The position numbers were made by a program, and so were the translations under genes. From an uncultured delta proteobacterium (GTDB lineage Bacteria > Desulfobacterota > WTBG01), in assembly GCA_963793865.1 (NCBI GenBank), contig CAWCBP010000004.1, forward strand, positions 292,526 through 356,525: 64,000 bases of DNA, in the 5' to 3' direction. Of this stretch, positions 48,912 through 59,832 are shown in pieces. The notes beneath the pieces are model-generated. The model saw only the letters and a program-made list of their open reading frames with translations. It was not told the origin of the DNA and ran no database searches. Position 1 is the first letter of the stretch. Each line of letters opens with the position of its first letter.

Positions 48912-50261
48912 ATGGCAAAAGTGTTTGATGTGGTAATTGTCGGGGGAGGCCCCGCGGGGCTCATGGCGGCAAAGGTGGCGGGGCAGAACGGCCTGGATGT
49001 CGCCCTGATTGAGCGCAAGAAAAATGTAACCGCCATTCAGCGCAGCTGCCAGACCATGGTGGCGATTGAAGACGAATACTACTTCGGGGAGCGGATGTAT
49101 TTCGATGAACAGCAGCGCCGCATCGTCTTCCCGGTCAACAACTTCTCGGTTCGCTATGACGGCCCTTTCAAGAACTTCTATGCCTGGAACGTCTATACCC
49201 CTGACGGGAAGCACTGCGTACGGTTGGGTGATTACGAAAAAAACAAGCGGGGCGGAAGCAAAACCCGCCTTTCCGCCTTTTATAACAAACATGAGCTGCT
49301 GAAAGGCCTGATGAGCGAAGCGCTGGAAAGCGGCGTCAAGGTGTTCCCGGGCATGAATGTCATCGGGCATCGGCGTGCCGACGGGGTCAATGAGATCAGC
49401 ACCGCCGAGGGAAAGATTTTCAAGGGGACATTCACTATCGCCGCGGACGGCGTCAACTCGCGGCTGATGAAACTGTTAGGCCTCAACAAGCAGCGCTCCT
49501 TCTTCGGCACCATCGTGGGCGCGGGCTATTACATGCAGGGGGTACGGCCGCCCTATCCCGAAGCGGTAAATTATCCCATCGTATTTCATAAAGGCAGGCT
49601 TCCCATCATGCTCTGGGTCGGGCTCAGCCCTTATGGCGATGATGAATCCTGGGTATACGCGGGGGGATGCTCGCATCCCGAGATCAACTACCAGGAGGTC
49701 ATAGACCGCACCATCAAGGACAGCCCTTTTTCAGGCTGGTTCAAGGGTGCCACCATCCTCAGGCGGCACGGGCACGTGGCAAACATCTGGTCGCCCGCGC
49801 CCATCCCGTTTCAAGACAACGTGCTCATCACCGGCGACGCGGGCTGGACGGTGGAGGCGGAATGCACCGGCTCCATGATGACCGGCTCCAGGGCCGCAAA
49901 CGCAATTACCGAGGCGCTGCGCAACAACAAGCCCAACCGGGAGGGGGTGCAGCAATACATTGACTGGTGGTTGAAGAATTTACCCGGATTTATGGACTAC
50001 CGGGAATTCCTCACCCTGCTGAGCGCGGGGCTGGTGGGCGAGGATGTGGCCAATTATCTCTACAAGCTGGTCACCGAAATACTTCCCTGCTCGCTCAATC
50101 CCTACAACCTGGTGAACAACATCAATGGATCGATCATGAGAAAAATGGATGTTATCCAGAAGGAGCGCCCGGATATCATCGCCATGATGCAGAAGATGGC
50201 CGCAGTGCCGGTTGAAGCGCAGATGAAGCCCTTTATAAGGACGGGGTTCCCGAATCGTTAA
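48912..50261 (+). CDS. FAD-dependent oxidoreductase (GGR/FixC-like)
   Basis: DVVIVGGGPAG, IAADGVNS, TGDAG. Confidence 0.85.
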   Translation: MAKVFDVVIVGGGPAGLMAAKVAGQNGLDVALIERKKNVTAIQRSCQTMVAIEDEYYFGERMYFDEQQRRIVFPVNNFSVRYDGPFKNFYAWNVYTPDGKHCVRLGDYEKNKRGGSKTRLSAFYNKHELLKGLMSEALESGVKVFPGMNVIGHRRADGVNEISTAEGKIFKGTFTIAADGVNSRLMKLLGLNKQRSFFGTIVGAGYYMQGVRPPYPEAVNYPIVFHKGRLPIMLWVGLSPYGDDESWVYAGGCSHPEINYQEVIDRTIKDSPFSGWFKGATILRRHGHVANIWSPAPIPFQDNVLITGDAGWTVEAECTGSMMTGSRAANAITEALRNNKPNREGVQQYIDWWLKNLPGFMDYREFLTLLSAGLVGEDVANYLYKLVTEILPCSLNPYNLVNNINGSIMRKMDVIQKERPDIIAMMQKMAAVPVEAQMKPFIRTGFPNR

Positions 50262-50303
50262 AGAATGTTGTTTCGTTTCGACACCCTCATAAATGTACAC
50301 CAG

Positions 50304-50333
50304 AATACCCCGCAGATCTCATGCGGGGTATTT
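50304..50333. terminator. Hairpin terminator between convergent genes
   Basis: aataccccgca-gatctca-tgcggggtattt. Confidence 0.6.
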
Positions 50334-50357
50334 ATTATTGTAAATCGTATCTGATGC

Positions 50358-50385
50358 GTAGGGGCGACCGGCCGGTCGCCCCTAC
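50358..50385. repeat. REP family B perfect palindrome
   Basis: gtaggggcgaccggccggtcgcccctac. Confidence 0.85.
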
Positions 50386-50407
50386 AGATTTTTTTATTGT
50401 GCCGCCG

Positions 50408-50794
50408 CTACCTCAGGGGGAATTTGTAGATTCCGTAGAGGAAGGTGATGAAATCGATGAACCAGGCGATTTCCGTCACCCCGATCAGAACGTGAAAGGC
50501 CTTCGCCCTCCCCGCCCGGCGGACCAGCAGCGCCGCGACAAACAGCATCCACACCACAAAGCCAAACACGATCGCGGCGACAATTGCCCCGTTGCTGCCC
50601 TTGACATCCATCTTCAGCGCTGTAACTCCCGCCACCGGAAGCATGCTCACCAGAAAATCAAGCGCCACCCCGGCGGACATGATCCGCACCGCCGGCGCAG
50701 AGCCGTCCTCGCGAAACGATTTGGCCGCCCCCGCCAGAAACAGGCAATAGGCTATGATGTATAATATTTCGTTGAGTGTCATGGGATCATTCAA
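50408..50794 (-). CDS. Small 4-TM membrane protein of unknown function
   Basis: Four hydrophobic segments. Confidence 0.65.
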   Translation of the reverse strand: MNDPMTLNEILYIIAYCLFLAGAAKSFREDGSAPAVRIMSAGVALDFLVSMLPVAGVTALKMDVKGSNGAIVAAIVFGFVVWMLFVAALLVRRAGRAKAFHVLIGVTEIAWFIDFITFLYGIYKFPLR

Positions 50795-50858
50795 GACCGG
50801 TATTGTATGTGCTCTTCCGGCACGTGAAAAATTTTAATACGAAAATAATATCTCCATT

Positions 50859-50886
50859 GTAGGGGCAACCGGCCGGTTGCCCCTAC
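50859..50886. repeat. REP family B palindrome
   Basis: gtaggggcaaccggccggttgcccctac. Confidence 0.85.
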
Positions 50887-51077
50887 ATCCGGATAAGAAT
50901 CAAACAGGAAGGGACGCGCTCCATCGCGCCCGAATATTGTATGCTGCCATGACGGAGCATGGCCCTCCATATCACTACGCTCTGTCACGAAACATAAAAG
51001 GAATCCCCGCGGAAGCGGGAATATAATATATAGTGTTTTCATGCCACAGGCAATACCTTCTTTCCAGAAGACTCCTC

Positions 51078-51107
51078 TTGACTTACCCCTGCTGAAGGGG
51101 GTATCCT
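51078..51107 (+). promoter_or_regulatory. Putative promoter for a leaderless rnr transcript
   Basis: TTGACT-N18-TATCCT ending 6 nt before the ATG; no convincing SD. Confidence 0.45.
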
Positions 51108-51113
51108 GCACCC

Positions 51114-53297
51114 ATGCCACTGACATCAGATAAAATATTGCAATTCATTCAATCCCAAACCGCCCGGCCCGTGAACCTCAAGGATCTGGCCCGGGCGATG
51201 AACATCAGCCAGGAGGAATATCCCGCATTCCGGCGGCTGGTGAAAAAGCTCATCACTGACGGCTCCCTGATCATGCTCAAGCGGGGCAGGATCGGGCAGC
51301 CCGACCAGCTGGACATGGCCGTGGGGACGATTTCCATTAATCGCTCCGGCCGGGGATTTCTCGAGGTTGAAGGCGTTGAGCAGGATATCATGATAGCTGA
51401 CGCAGGGCTCCATACAGCCCTGGACGGCGACCGGGCGATGGTAAAGCTGCTGGGGGAGCGGTCCGGGCGTCCTTACGGCACGGTGATAAAGGTCCTTGAG
51501 CGGTTTGACAGAAACATCGTCGGCGTGCTCCACAAAAAGAACGAATTGTTGTTTGTCCATCCGGATAATCCTCGCATTCACCGGGACATCTATATTTCCC
51601 GCCAGGACTCCCTCCACGCCCAGGAAGGGGAAAAAGTGGTGGTAAAGCTCACCTCCTGGGATGACCCGCATACCAACCCGTACGGCAGAATCGCCGAACG
51701 GATCGGCCCTCCCACCGCGCCGGGTGTGGATATGCTGGCCATCATCAAGAGCCACAATCTCCTGGAGGATTTTTCGGACGAGGTGATGAACCAGGCTGAA
51801 AAGGCTGCTGCCATGGATACCTCCAGGGAAATAGCGCGCCGGGCCGATCTCACCCGCGAATGCATCTACACCATAGACCCCTTTGACGCCAAGGATCACG
51901 ACGACGCCATTTCCATTGCCAGAACGCCCCAGGGCTATCGCCTGGGCGTGCATATTGCCGATGTGTCATTTTATGTCACTGAGGGATCGGCCCTTGACGC
52001 GGCGGCTTTCGAGCGGGGCAACTCGGTCTATCTTCCCGGCATGGTCATACCCATGCTTCCCGAGGTGCTGTCAAACGATGTCTGCTCATTGCGCCCCAAC
52101 CGGCGGCGGCTGGCGCACTCAGTGATTCTGGATTTTGACCGCCATGGGAAAGTGCTCGGCTGGCAGATCATGGACACGGTGATACGCTCGCAGGCCAAGC
52201 TCTCATACGAGGAGGTCCAGGACTTTTTCAACGGTCAGCCTGTCACCCCGGGCGTTAGCCGGGTTGCCGACAGCCTCTTGCTGGCCCGTGAACTGGCAAC
52301 GCTTTTAACCAGGCAGCGTGCCGCTGAAGGCTCGCTTGATTTTGACCTGCCCGAGGCAAAGATTATCTTGAACAAACAGGGAGAGGTGCTCGAGCTGGGT
52401 GATAAGGTGCGGCTTGAATCACACCGGCTGATCGAGGAATTCATGCTGGCTGCCAACCGGGCAGTTGCTTTCGAGGCCTTCAGCAAGGACCAGCCGTTTC
52501 TCTACCGGGTTCATGGGAAGCCTGCCATAGCGAAACTGACCGCTTTCTCCGAGATGATGGGGCGGCTCGGCCACACCTTCCACGCATCTGAACACATCAA
52601 GCCGATTCAGTTTGCCCGCTTTCTTCAGCAGGTTAAGGGCCGGCCCGAGGAGGATTTCATCAATGAGCTTATGCTGCGCTCCATGCAAAAGGCAATCTAC
52701 CAGGGAGAGAATATAGGGCATTTCGGACTTGCCTTTACCCACTATACCCACTTCACGTCGCCCATCCGGAGATATCCCGATCTTCTGGTGCACCGGCTGA
52801 TACGCAAGCTGCGGCAGGGTAAGTACCCGGCCCCTTTCGCGCGCCGCGTAACCGGTCTGATCGACCGCGTCAGCGGGCACTGCTCTGAGACGGAGCGGGT
52901 GGCCGAGGCTGCCGAACGGGAAGGGGTGCGCACCAAGCAGGTCTCCTTCATGGCCAGGCACGTGGGGGACGAGTTCGAGGGGATCATATCCGGCACAGTG
53001 GCATCCGGCTTTTTTGTGAGGCTTACCAGCCTGGGCGCCGAAGGAATGGTGCGCCTGTCATCCGTGGATGATGATTACTATCACTACGATGAAAAGCAGT
53101 ACCGGATCATCGGGCGTCACACCGGCCGCATATTCAGGATGGGCGACCCGGTCAAAGTGGCGGTGGACAGCGTCAGAACGGAACTGAATGAAATCAACCT
53201 GACCCTGGTTGAGACAGGCAGGGAAAAGAAAGGCATGGAAGAGGAAAAGCCCCGGCGCAGAAGCCGATCTTTCAGGAGGAGACACCGAGGACATTAA
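51114..53297 (+). CDS. rnr: Ribonuclease R
   Basis: TIDPFDAKDHDDA, HIADVS, LIEEFML, HFTSPIRRYPDL, S1 domain, basic tail. Confidence 0.96.
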   Translation: MPLTSDKILQFIQSQTARPVNLKDLARAMNISQEEYPAFRRLVKKLITDGSLIMLKRGRIGQPDQLDMAVGTISINRSGRGFLEVEGVEQDIMIADAGLHTALDGDRAMVKLLGERSGRPYGTVIKVLERFDRNIVGVLHKKNELLFVHPDNPRIHRDIYISRQDSLHAQEGEKVVVKLTSWDDPHTNPYGRIAERIGPPTAPGVDMLAIIKSHNLLEDFSDEVMNQAEKAAAMDTSREIARRADLTRECIYTIDPFDAKDHDDAISIARTPQGYRLGVHIADVSFYVTEGSALDAAAFERGNSVYLPGMVIPMLPEVLSNDVCSLRPNRRRLAHSVILDFDRHGKVLGWQIMDTVIRSQAKLSYEEVQDFFNGQPVTPGVSRVADSLLLARELATLLTRQRAAEGSLDFDLPEAKIILNKQGEVLELGDKVRLESHRLIEEFMLAANRAVAFEAFSKDQPFLYRVHGKPAIAKLTAFSEMMGRLGHTFHASEHIKPIQFARFLQQVKGRPEEDFINELMLRSMQKAIYQGENIGHFGLAFTHYTHFTSPIRRYPDLLVHRLIRKLRQGKYPAPFARRVTGLIDRVSGHCSETERVAEAAEREGVRTKQVSFMARHVGDEFEGIISGTVASGFFVRLTSLGAEGMVRLSSVDDDYYHYDEKQYRIIGRHTGRIFRMGDPVKVAVDSVRTELNEINLTLVETGREKKGMEEEKPRRRSRSFRRRHRGH

Positions 53298-53317
53298 AAG
53301 GCACATGTTATAAAACT

Positions 53318-53425
53318 GTCGTTGCGAGGAGTCCCGCTTAAGAGGGACGACGAAGCAATCCCTGTCTTCACTATGAACGCATCGAGTTATACAAAATGAG
53401 ATTGCTTAGCGTTGCTCGCAATGAC
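53318..53425. repeat. Family C inverted repeat pair
   Basis: gtcgttgcgagg...gaagcaatcc and gagattgc...ctcgcaatgac. Confidence 0.7.
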
Positions 53426-53471
53426 AACCTACTAATCAACCAAACATTAAATGAACTTCCTGGACGCGGCC

Positions 53472-54236
53472 CTAGACTCTCCTCAGCGCCAGCCTTCTCA
53501 ATGTCCAGGTGATTCCCTTGCGGGTGTCGCCGGACTCCTGTATTTGCCGAATCTCTTCTGCTATCTTCCTGCGCTCCTTTTCTGACACCCGCTCCCTTAT
53601 GTATGCGTCCCGCTTCCAGACGCTGACGGTATTGGGATAATACCACGCGGCGCATATGCAGTTGGGAACCGGAATGCGCACCGGCTGATTATAAACAACC
53701 TCCGCTTCATAGCGAGCGTCCTTCAGCAGCCGGCCGGCATATAAACATCCTCCCTGGGCGGCAATCATACCCTTGGTCACCTGCACGTATTTTTTAAACA
53801 CCGCTATTCCGGTTTCTATGCCGTCAGTCTCTTCCATGAGCAGTATTCCAGTACGGTTTAGCTGCCGCACCCATTGATTTACCAGCGCCGCTTGATTTTT
53901 GAGGTGGGTGAGCAAAAACCGGGCGTAGATGAGATCCGCCCGCACCGGAAAGGGCGTCCGGGAAACATCATGCTTGAGAAACCGGCATTGTTTAAACCTG
54001 GACGCTGCCGCTTTGAGAAACCGGGATGAGCTGTCCAGACCGCAGACATTGGGACAGGCGGCAGCCTCTGCGACCATTGCCGTGGTGAAGCCGGGGCCGC
54101 AGCCCAGGTCCAAAGCTGATGTGACCGGGGCGGTTACGTGCTGTTGAATGAACTGCCGCGAAAAGGGATTGAAAAAGGAAGCCAATGTCTCCAGACGCAA
54201 CGCGGCGGTTCGATCGGTGCCCAGCGTATATCTCAT
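53472..54236 (-). CDS. Class I SAM-dependent methyltransferase
   Basis: ALDLGCGPGFTT, DLIYARFLLTHL. Confidence 0.88.
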   Translation of the reverse strand: MRYTLGTDRTAALRLETLASFFNPFSRQFIQQHVTAPVTSALDLGCGPGFTTAMVAEAAACPNVCGLDSSSRFLKAAASRFKQCRFLKHDVSRTPFPVRADLIYARFLLTHLKNQAALVNQWVRQLNRTGILLMEETDGIETGIAVFKKYVQVTKGMIAAQGGCLYAGRLLKDARYEAEVVYNQPVRIPVPNCICAAWYYPNTVSVWKRDAYIRERVSEKERRKIAEEIRQIQESGDTRKGITWTLRRLALRRV

Positions 54237-54279
54237 GGGGGTGTATTCTCAGCAGGTATAGAAGCGCTTTGCAGGATAT

Positions 54280-54861
54280 TTAATTTCTCTCGGCAGGCTT
54301 TCTTCCTAAAAGGCCGGAGCGCTGAATAAGCGTGCTCATGGTCACCAGGCTTTCGACATCTTCCACGTGCCGCCTGATTTCCTCCCTTCCTCCTTCCTCC
54401 CGGTCCACCAGGGTAATCACCTTTACCACCAGCAGGCCCTCGCTGCGCGCGCTCTCGATGGCGCGGATGGTTGACGCCCCGGTGGTAATGACATCATCCA
54501 CAACCACTGCCCGCTCGCCCTTTCTTATATTGCCCTCTATCTTTCTGACGATCCCGTGGTCCTTTGCCTGCTCACGTACGTAAAAGGGCTTTATATATTT
54601 TCCCTTGTGATAGGCGGTCATGGAAACGGCATCCACGATGGGAATGGCGCCCAGCGCCGGCCCCCCTATGACATCAATGCCTATATCTTTTATTTTGTCA
54701 TAGATGAGACTGCCGATGAGATGCATCCCCTCGGGGTCGATGGTGACCAGCCGGCAGTTGACGTAATAGTTGCTGAGCTTTCCTGACGCGAGCTTGAAGC
54801 TCGGCGTATCGCTCATCTGAAAGGATCGCTCGGCAATCATCCGAATGAGTCTTTCCAGCAT
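54280..54861 (-). CDS. pyrE: Orotate phosphoribosyltransferase
   Basis: FKLASGKLSNYY, VREQAKDHG, VVVDDVITTGAS. Confidence 0.95.
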   Translation of the reverse strand: MLERLIRMIAERSFQMSDTPSFKLASGKLSNYYVNCRLVTIDPEGMHLIGSLIYDKIKDIGIDVIGGPALGAIPIVDAVSMTAYHKGKYIKPFYVREQAKDHGIVRKIEGNIRKGERAVVVDDVITTGASTIRAIESARSEGLLVVKVITLVDREEGGREEIRRHVEDVESLVTMSTLIQRSGLLGRKPAERN

Positions 54862-54862
54862 A

Positions 54863-56078
54863 TCATCTCCTTGTTTCCACGGAGGGCAGAACGGGCAGCA
54901 GGGTCACCAAGGCGCGGTAGATAAAGACGATGGTGAGAACGAGCCCGAGGGTCAGGGCGAATTCCCCGATGGCAGGAACATAAGCCTTGATGGCGTAGAA
55001 CGGTTCATAGGCGATAAAGAAGACGGTTGACCGGTTGAGGAGAATCCCCGGCGACATACATGGCGGCGGCGATAAAGAGTGAGCGGGGCGAGCGGCGGAC
55101 ATCCGAGGACATGAACATGAAAAAGGGAACCACCGTCAGCAAACCGAATTCAATCCAGAACATCATAACCGCAGGATGGGCCTCCATAAGATACAGGTAG
55201 CTTCCCCTCCAGAGCATGTCACCCAGCTTGACGGCAATATAAAGACCCAGCAGCCAGGGGATAATTTTCGCGAGCGGGGTGAGCACGTGCATCTCCGGTT
55301 TTCGGCCGAAGGCCCTGCCGGCAATCATCGATTCAAAGATGATCATGGCACAGCCCGACCGCGATGGCGGAGGTCAGGAAGAAGAGCGGCCACAGCTGCG
55401 ACCGGTAGAGCGGATGCATCTTGTAAGGCGCAATGACCATGAGGGTGCCGAGCGAGGACTGGTGCAGGCAGGAGAGCACGATCGCCGGCAATGATGAAGA
55501 TGAACATGATCTTGCCCAGGATATAATCCGCGAACCTGAGCGCCATGTCCACGCTGTCGTTGAAGCGGCCCAGCATGCCGGGCAGGTTGACCCGGCCGAT
55601 GAACCGCTCGCAGACGATGGGGACGAACTCGATGTACAGCACCGTCAGGTAGATCATCACGCACATGCCGACTTCAAAGAGCACGGAGTTGCCCTGCCAC
55701 ATGAAGGGCACCGTCGGATGCCAGACGTTGTACCAGCGCCCCAGGTCGAACAGGAGCCCGATGCCCACAAAGGTGTAGCCCAGCAGTCGCGGTCAGCAGG
55801 GCCGGGCGGATGACCGCGTGGAAGTGCTCGCGATTGAAAATGTAGACCAGTGCGCTCGAGGTAAACCCGCCGGCGGCCAGCGCGACGCCGGTGGCCACAT
55901 CAACGCCGATCCAGAGCCCCAGCGGATACTGGTCGTTCAGATTGGTGACCGCCTCAAGGCCGAAGAACATGCGGTAGAGGCCGAACCCGAGCCCGCTGAG
56001 CATGATGGCGGTCAGGGCCTTCATGCCGGGGGTGAAAAACGTTTTCTGCACCGGCGCCGCTTGTTCGTGGACGCTCAT
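54863..56078 (-). CDS. hmcC: HmcC/HybB-like NrfD-family membrane subunit, several frameshifts
   Basis: TNLNDQYPLGLWIGVDVATGVALAAGGF, DLGRW, SVLFEVGMC spread over four ORF fragments. Confidence 0.78.
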
Positions 56079-57010
56079 GATCTGCCTTCGCTCCCGCTCA
56101 CATCCGGGTTGGAATGCTTACTTGCTTTTCTGTTCCGCAGCCACCACATGATGCCGCCCAGGGTTGCGTACAATCCGATGGGCGGGAGAAACCATTTGAA
56201 AATCGCGTGCTGAATCGGCTCGGTGTAGCCCGGCGCGGGATGGTATCCAAGGCGTGGGGAAATCAATTTCCTCGAAAGGAACACCCGACAGATACAGCCA
56301 GGCGGTTCCTCCCACCTCCTGCTCCCCATAGACATGCGGAACATAGCGGCCGGGGTATTTCCGGATCAGCTCCCTTGCCACGCACGATAAGGTCGTTCCG
56401 CTTGCCGAAGGTCATCACCTCCATGGGGCAGGATTGCACGCAGGCGGGCACTTTACCCCTGGCGAGCCGCTGCTGAAAACAGAAGGTGCATTTTCTCACC
56501 TGGGGCGTAAGCACGTTGCCGATATTCATAGGCAGGCACCTGGAACGGGCAGGCGGCCATGCAGTAGCGGCAGCCGATGCACTTCCATGCGTCATAGATC
56601 ACCGCCCCGCTGGGGTCCCTGGTAAACGCGCCGACGATGCAGGCGGAAACGCAGGCGGGGTAAAGGCAGTGCATGCACTGGAATTTTGTAAAATAGGGCT
56701 TGCTGTCCCGGCGTGCTTTCGTAGCGGTTGACCACGGTGTAGGCGCCATAGTCCATCCGCCGCTTCTGCTTCGAATGCCGACTCATCCTTAAACCACTCC
56801 GCCGGCCTGCGGGGAAGGTCCGTCGTTGATCTCATTGCAGGCCTTTTCACAGTTCCGGCATCCCACGCAGCGCGTGGTGTCAACCAGCACGCCGCACTGA
56901 TCGGGATTGACCTGCAGGCGGGACGCCTCGGCCTCTCTCCTGCCGCCCAGCAGAAACAAGCCTGAAATACCCGCCGCCTTCTGTAAAAATGTCCGTCTGG
57001 AACTTCTCAT
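56075..57010 (-). CDS. hmcB: HmcB/HybA-like Tat-exported [4Fe-4S] protein, several frameshifts
   Basis: SRRTFL Tat motif, [42 protein letters not shown]...PACVQSCP, C-terminal TM. Confidence 0.8.
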
Positions 57011-58799
57011 GAATGCTTTGTGTGCCTTCTATTCTTTGACCGCCTGCGCCTGTTCTTCCTTCTTCTCCTCGTGACAGCCGGTGCAGGTCTGAGGCATGTC
57101 TTCTTCCTTGCCGCCCATCTGCTTGTGGCAGCCCAGGCATTGCTGGTGATAGGCGCCGAGCAGGGTCGGTATGGCTGACTCGGGTTCCTTCCGGACGGTG
57201 TGGCAGGTCGCGCAGGACGGAACTTGTGCCTGCTTCTCCAGGGGCCCAGATGGTGGCAGCCGGCGCAGACGGTGTGTCTCCTCAACGTGAAAATGCTGTG
57301 CCAGCTTGCTTTCGTTGCGAAATCTCGGTGAGCTTCTGCAGCGATCTGCAGGTGTTTCACCTTTGAAGGCTGGTATTCATTTTCCAGGACCTTGATCTCC
57401 AGCTCATCCTCAAGGTCTTCGGGGAATAAGCTCCTTCGGGTCGGGAAGTTTCCTGGCTGCTCGAGGCTCGCGAGCTCGCCGGTGTGGCAGGTGCCGCAGG
57501 AGGATTCAACCAGTCCTCCCTGAGGCGGTGGTGGCAGCCGGCGCAGTCCGCTTTCTTCTTCTCCGTCTCGTGGCAGCCGATGCAGCTCCAGGGCGATGAA
57601 GCCTCGTGGTGGGCCTCTGCCAGGGTGATGCCCTCACCCTCGTCGCATCCCTCCACCGTATGGCATTCGGCACAGGGCCGCAGGGTTTGATGGTGGCAGT
57701 CCTGGCAGGAACGGCTTTTTTCCTGGTGTCGCCTTGTGGTTGAAGGGCACCCCCTTGGCCCGGGCCCCTTCTTCTATCAGGATGAGGATCTTCTCTTCCT
57801 GTTCGCAGTCCTGGCGGGGAACGTCGGCCATTTCTTCGATGGTGCGCGCTGTACCCGTGTGGCATTCGTTGCAGTCAAGCGGCCCGCCCTTCTCCTGTTT
57901 CGCCTTCGCGCTCAAGATGGCAGTTCAAGCAGCGGAAGTGTGCGCTTTCCTCTTCGGTCAGGCTGTTCTTCTCATCGATCTCCCTGAGCCAGTCCTTGCA
58001 GGCCGGCTCTTTTCCCTCGGCCGCAAGCTGCGCCTTCCGCTGCGGGGAGAGATAATGGCAGAGTTCGCACTTCTCTTCGAGCGCCTTGTCGTGCTTGTCG
58101 TGAATCGAGGTAGTCAAAGAGCGACCTGTCGGCCAGGCGTCTTCACGACGTGCGCTTCCTTCACGTAGAAGGCCTTCCAGTCGAGGCCCCCGGCGTCCTC
58201 GGCCGCTTTGGCGGGTTCCGGTGGCAGGCGAGGCAGTCCTTGTGATAGGTGTCTCGCAGTACCTCGTAGTACTCGGGCATGACCGGCGAGATATTCCCGC
58301 TTCAGATACTCCTCGCTGATCGACGATGGCATTCGCCGCAGGTGACCGGTCCCGCCTTCTCCCCCGCGTCGGCTTGCTCCTGGTGGCAGCCGATGCAGGC
58401 GTCGTGATACGAATTCATCAGCGCGTCTTTATCGCGTCTCGTTCCGTTCCTTGGGAAAGGTAAAGAGGAGCTTTTCATCTTCGTCCTGGGGTGGCAAGGG
58501 TGCAGCCATCCTTTTCCAGCGCTGCGCGCGTGCTTGTCGTGGTTGAACTTTACCGGCGCCCTCTCCAGCTCCTTAAATATTTCCGGCAGCTCGATAAAGC
58601 GCGGCCGCTCCGGCAATTCCTTTTTCTCCACTGCAGGAGGCTGCACGTCGGGCGCGAGCGTCTCTTCGGTGATGCCGCTTTCCTGAACCACCGCATCCAC
58701 CGCCTCTTCTTCCGAGGAAACAACCGCCTTCTTCCCGACCATCCCCAGGCAGAGGCAAAGAAACATCATGACCACCAATGCCGACCATTTCTTATTCAT
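57007..58799 (-). CDS. hmcA: HmcA-like high-molecular-weight multiheme cytochrome c (about 16 hemes), several frameshifts
   Basis: Signal peptide, PVKFNHDKH and VPFNHK c3-type motifs; 16 CxxCH counted across frames, one of them broken by an indel. Confidence 0.8.
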
Positions 58800-58831
58800 T
58801 CACGTGCCTTGACCTGTAAACCGGTGCGCTC

Positions 58832-59755
58832 TTACAAAACGGGGCGGGGCAGCAGCCCGGCCTTCTGGACAATCTCCGGGACGCGGTGCTCCCACTCGAT
58901 GGCCATAAGGTGGATGCCCGCCACCCCTTTCATGGTTTTGAATTCCTCGATCTGCTCGCAGCAGATGGCGATGCCCTCGGCCGCCTGGGCCTTTTTCTCA
59001 ACGCCTTCAATCCGCTTGATGACCCAGTCGGGGACATCCATGCCGGGAACATTTTTCTGCATGTAGCGCGCCATGCCCAGCGACTTCATGGGCGTGACGC
59101 CGGCCAGGATGTACACCTTCTCGGTGAGGCCCATGTCGCGCGCCTGGCTGATCCAGGTCCTGAACCGCTCCATGTTATAGATGCACTGGGTCTGTATGAA
59201 GTCGACTCCCGCCGCTATCTTTTTGGCCAGCCGGTGGACCCTGAACTCGTAGGGCTCGGCAAAAGGGTTCGCGGCGGCACCGATAAACATTTCGGGGGCT
59301 TTGGTAAGCGCCTCGCCGTTTAAAAATGTCCTCTCGTCGCGCATCTTCTTGACCATGCCGATGAGCTGGACGGAATCAATGTCAAACACCTTTTTGCTTT
59401 TGGGGTGGTCGCCGAAGATCTGGTGGTCGCCGGAGAGGCAGAGCATGTTCCTGATGCCCAGGGCAAATGCCCCCAGGATGTCGGATTGCATGGCAATCCG
59501 GTTGCGGTCCCTGCAGACCATCTGGTAATTGGGCTCCAGCCCCTCTCCTGATGAGAGGATGCAGGCGGCCCAGCTGGCCATGCGCACAACCGCCGTCTGG
59601 TTGTCGGTAATATTGATGGCGTCAACCGTGCCTTTGAAATGCTTGGCCTTTTCCTGTATCACCTCCGCGTCCGCTCCGCGGGGCGGGCCGAGTTCCCCGG
59701 TTACGGCGAACTGCCCCGCGCTGAGCACCTTCTCCAAATTGCTTCCTGATTTCAT
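58832..59755 (-). CDS. metF: Methylenetetrahydrofolate reductase
   Basis: VTGELGPP, NITDNQTAVVRM, CRDRNR, LSGDH, FIQTQ, GIHLM. Confidence 0.93.
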   Translation of the reverse strand: MKSGSNLEKVLSAGQFAVTGELGPPRGADAEVIQEKAKHFKGTVDAINITDNQTAVVRMASWAACILSSGEGLEPNYQMVCRDRNRIAMQSDILGAFALGIRNMLCLSGDHQIFGDHPKSKKVFDIDSVQLIGMVKKMRDERTFLNGEALTKAPEMFIGAAANPFAEPYEFRVHRLAKKIAAGVDFIQTQCIYNMERFRTWISQARDMGLTEKVYILAGVTPMKSLGMARYMQKNVPGMDVPDWVIKRIEGVEKKAQAAEGIAICCEQIEEFKTMKGVAGIHLMAIEWEHRVPEIVQKAGLLPRPVL

Positions 59756-59832
59756 CTCCCGGCTCCTGTTTCGGATGCCTAGTGGCGCAGGCTGCAGGTA
59801 GCTGACTTAGCAAGGGCGAGGCATGTCGCCTG

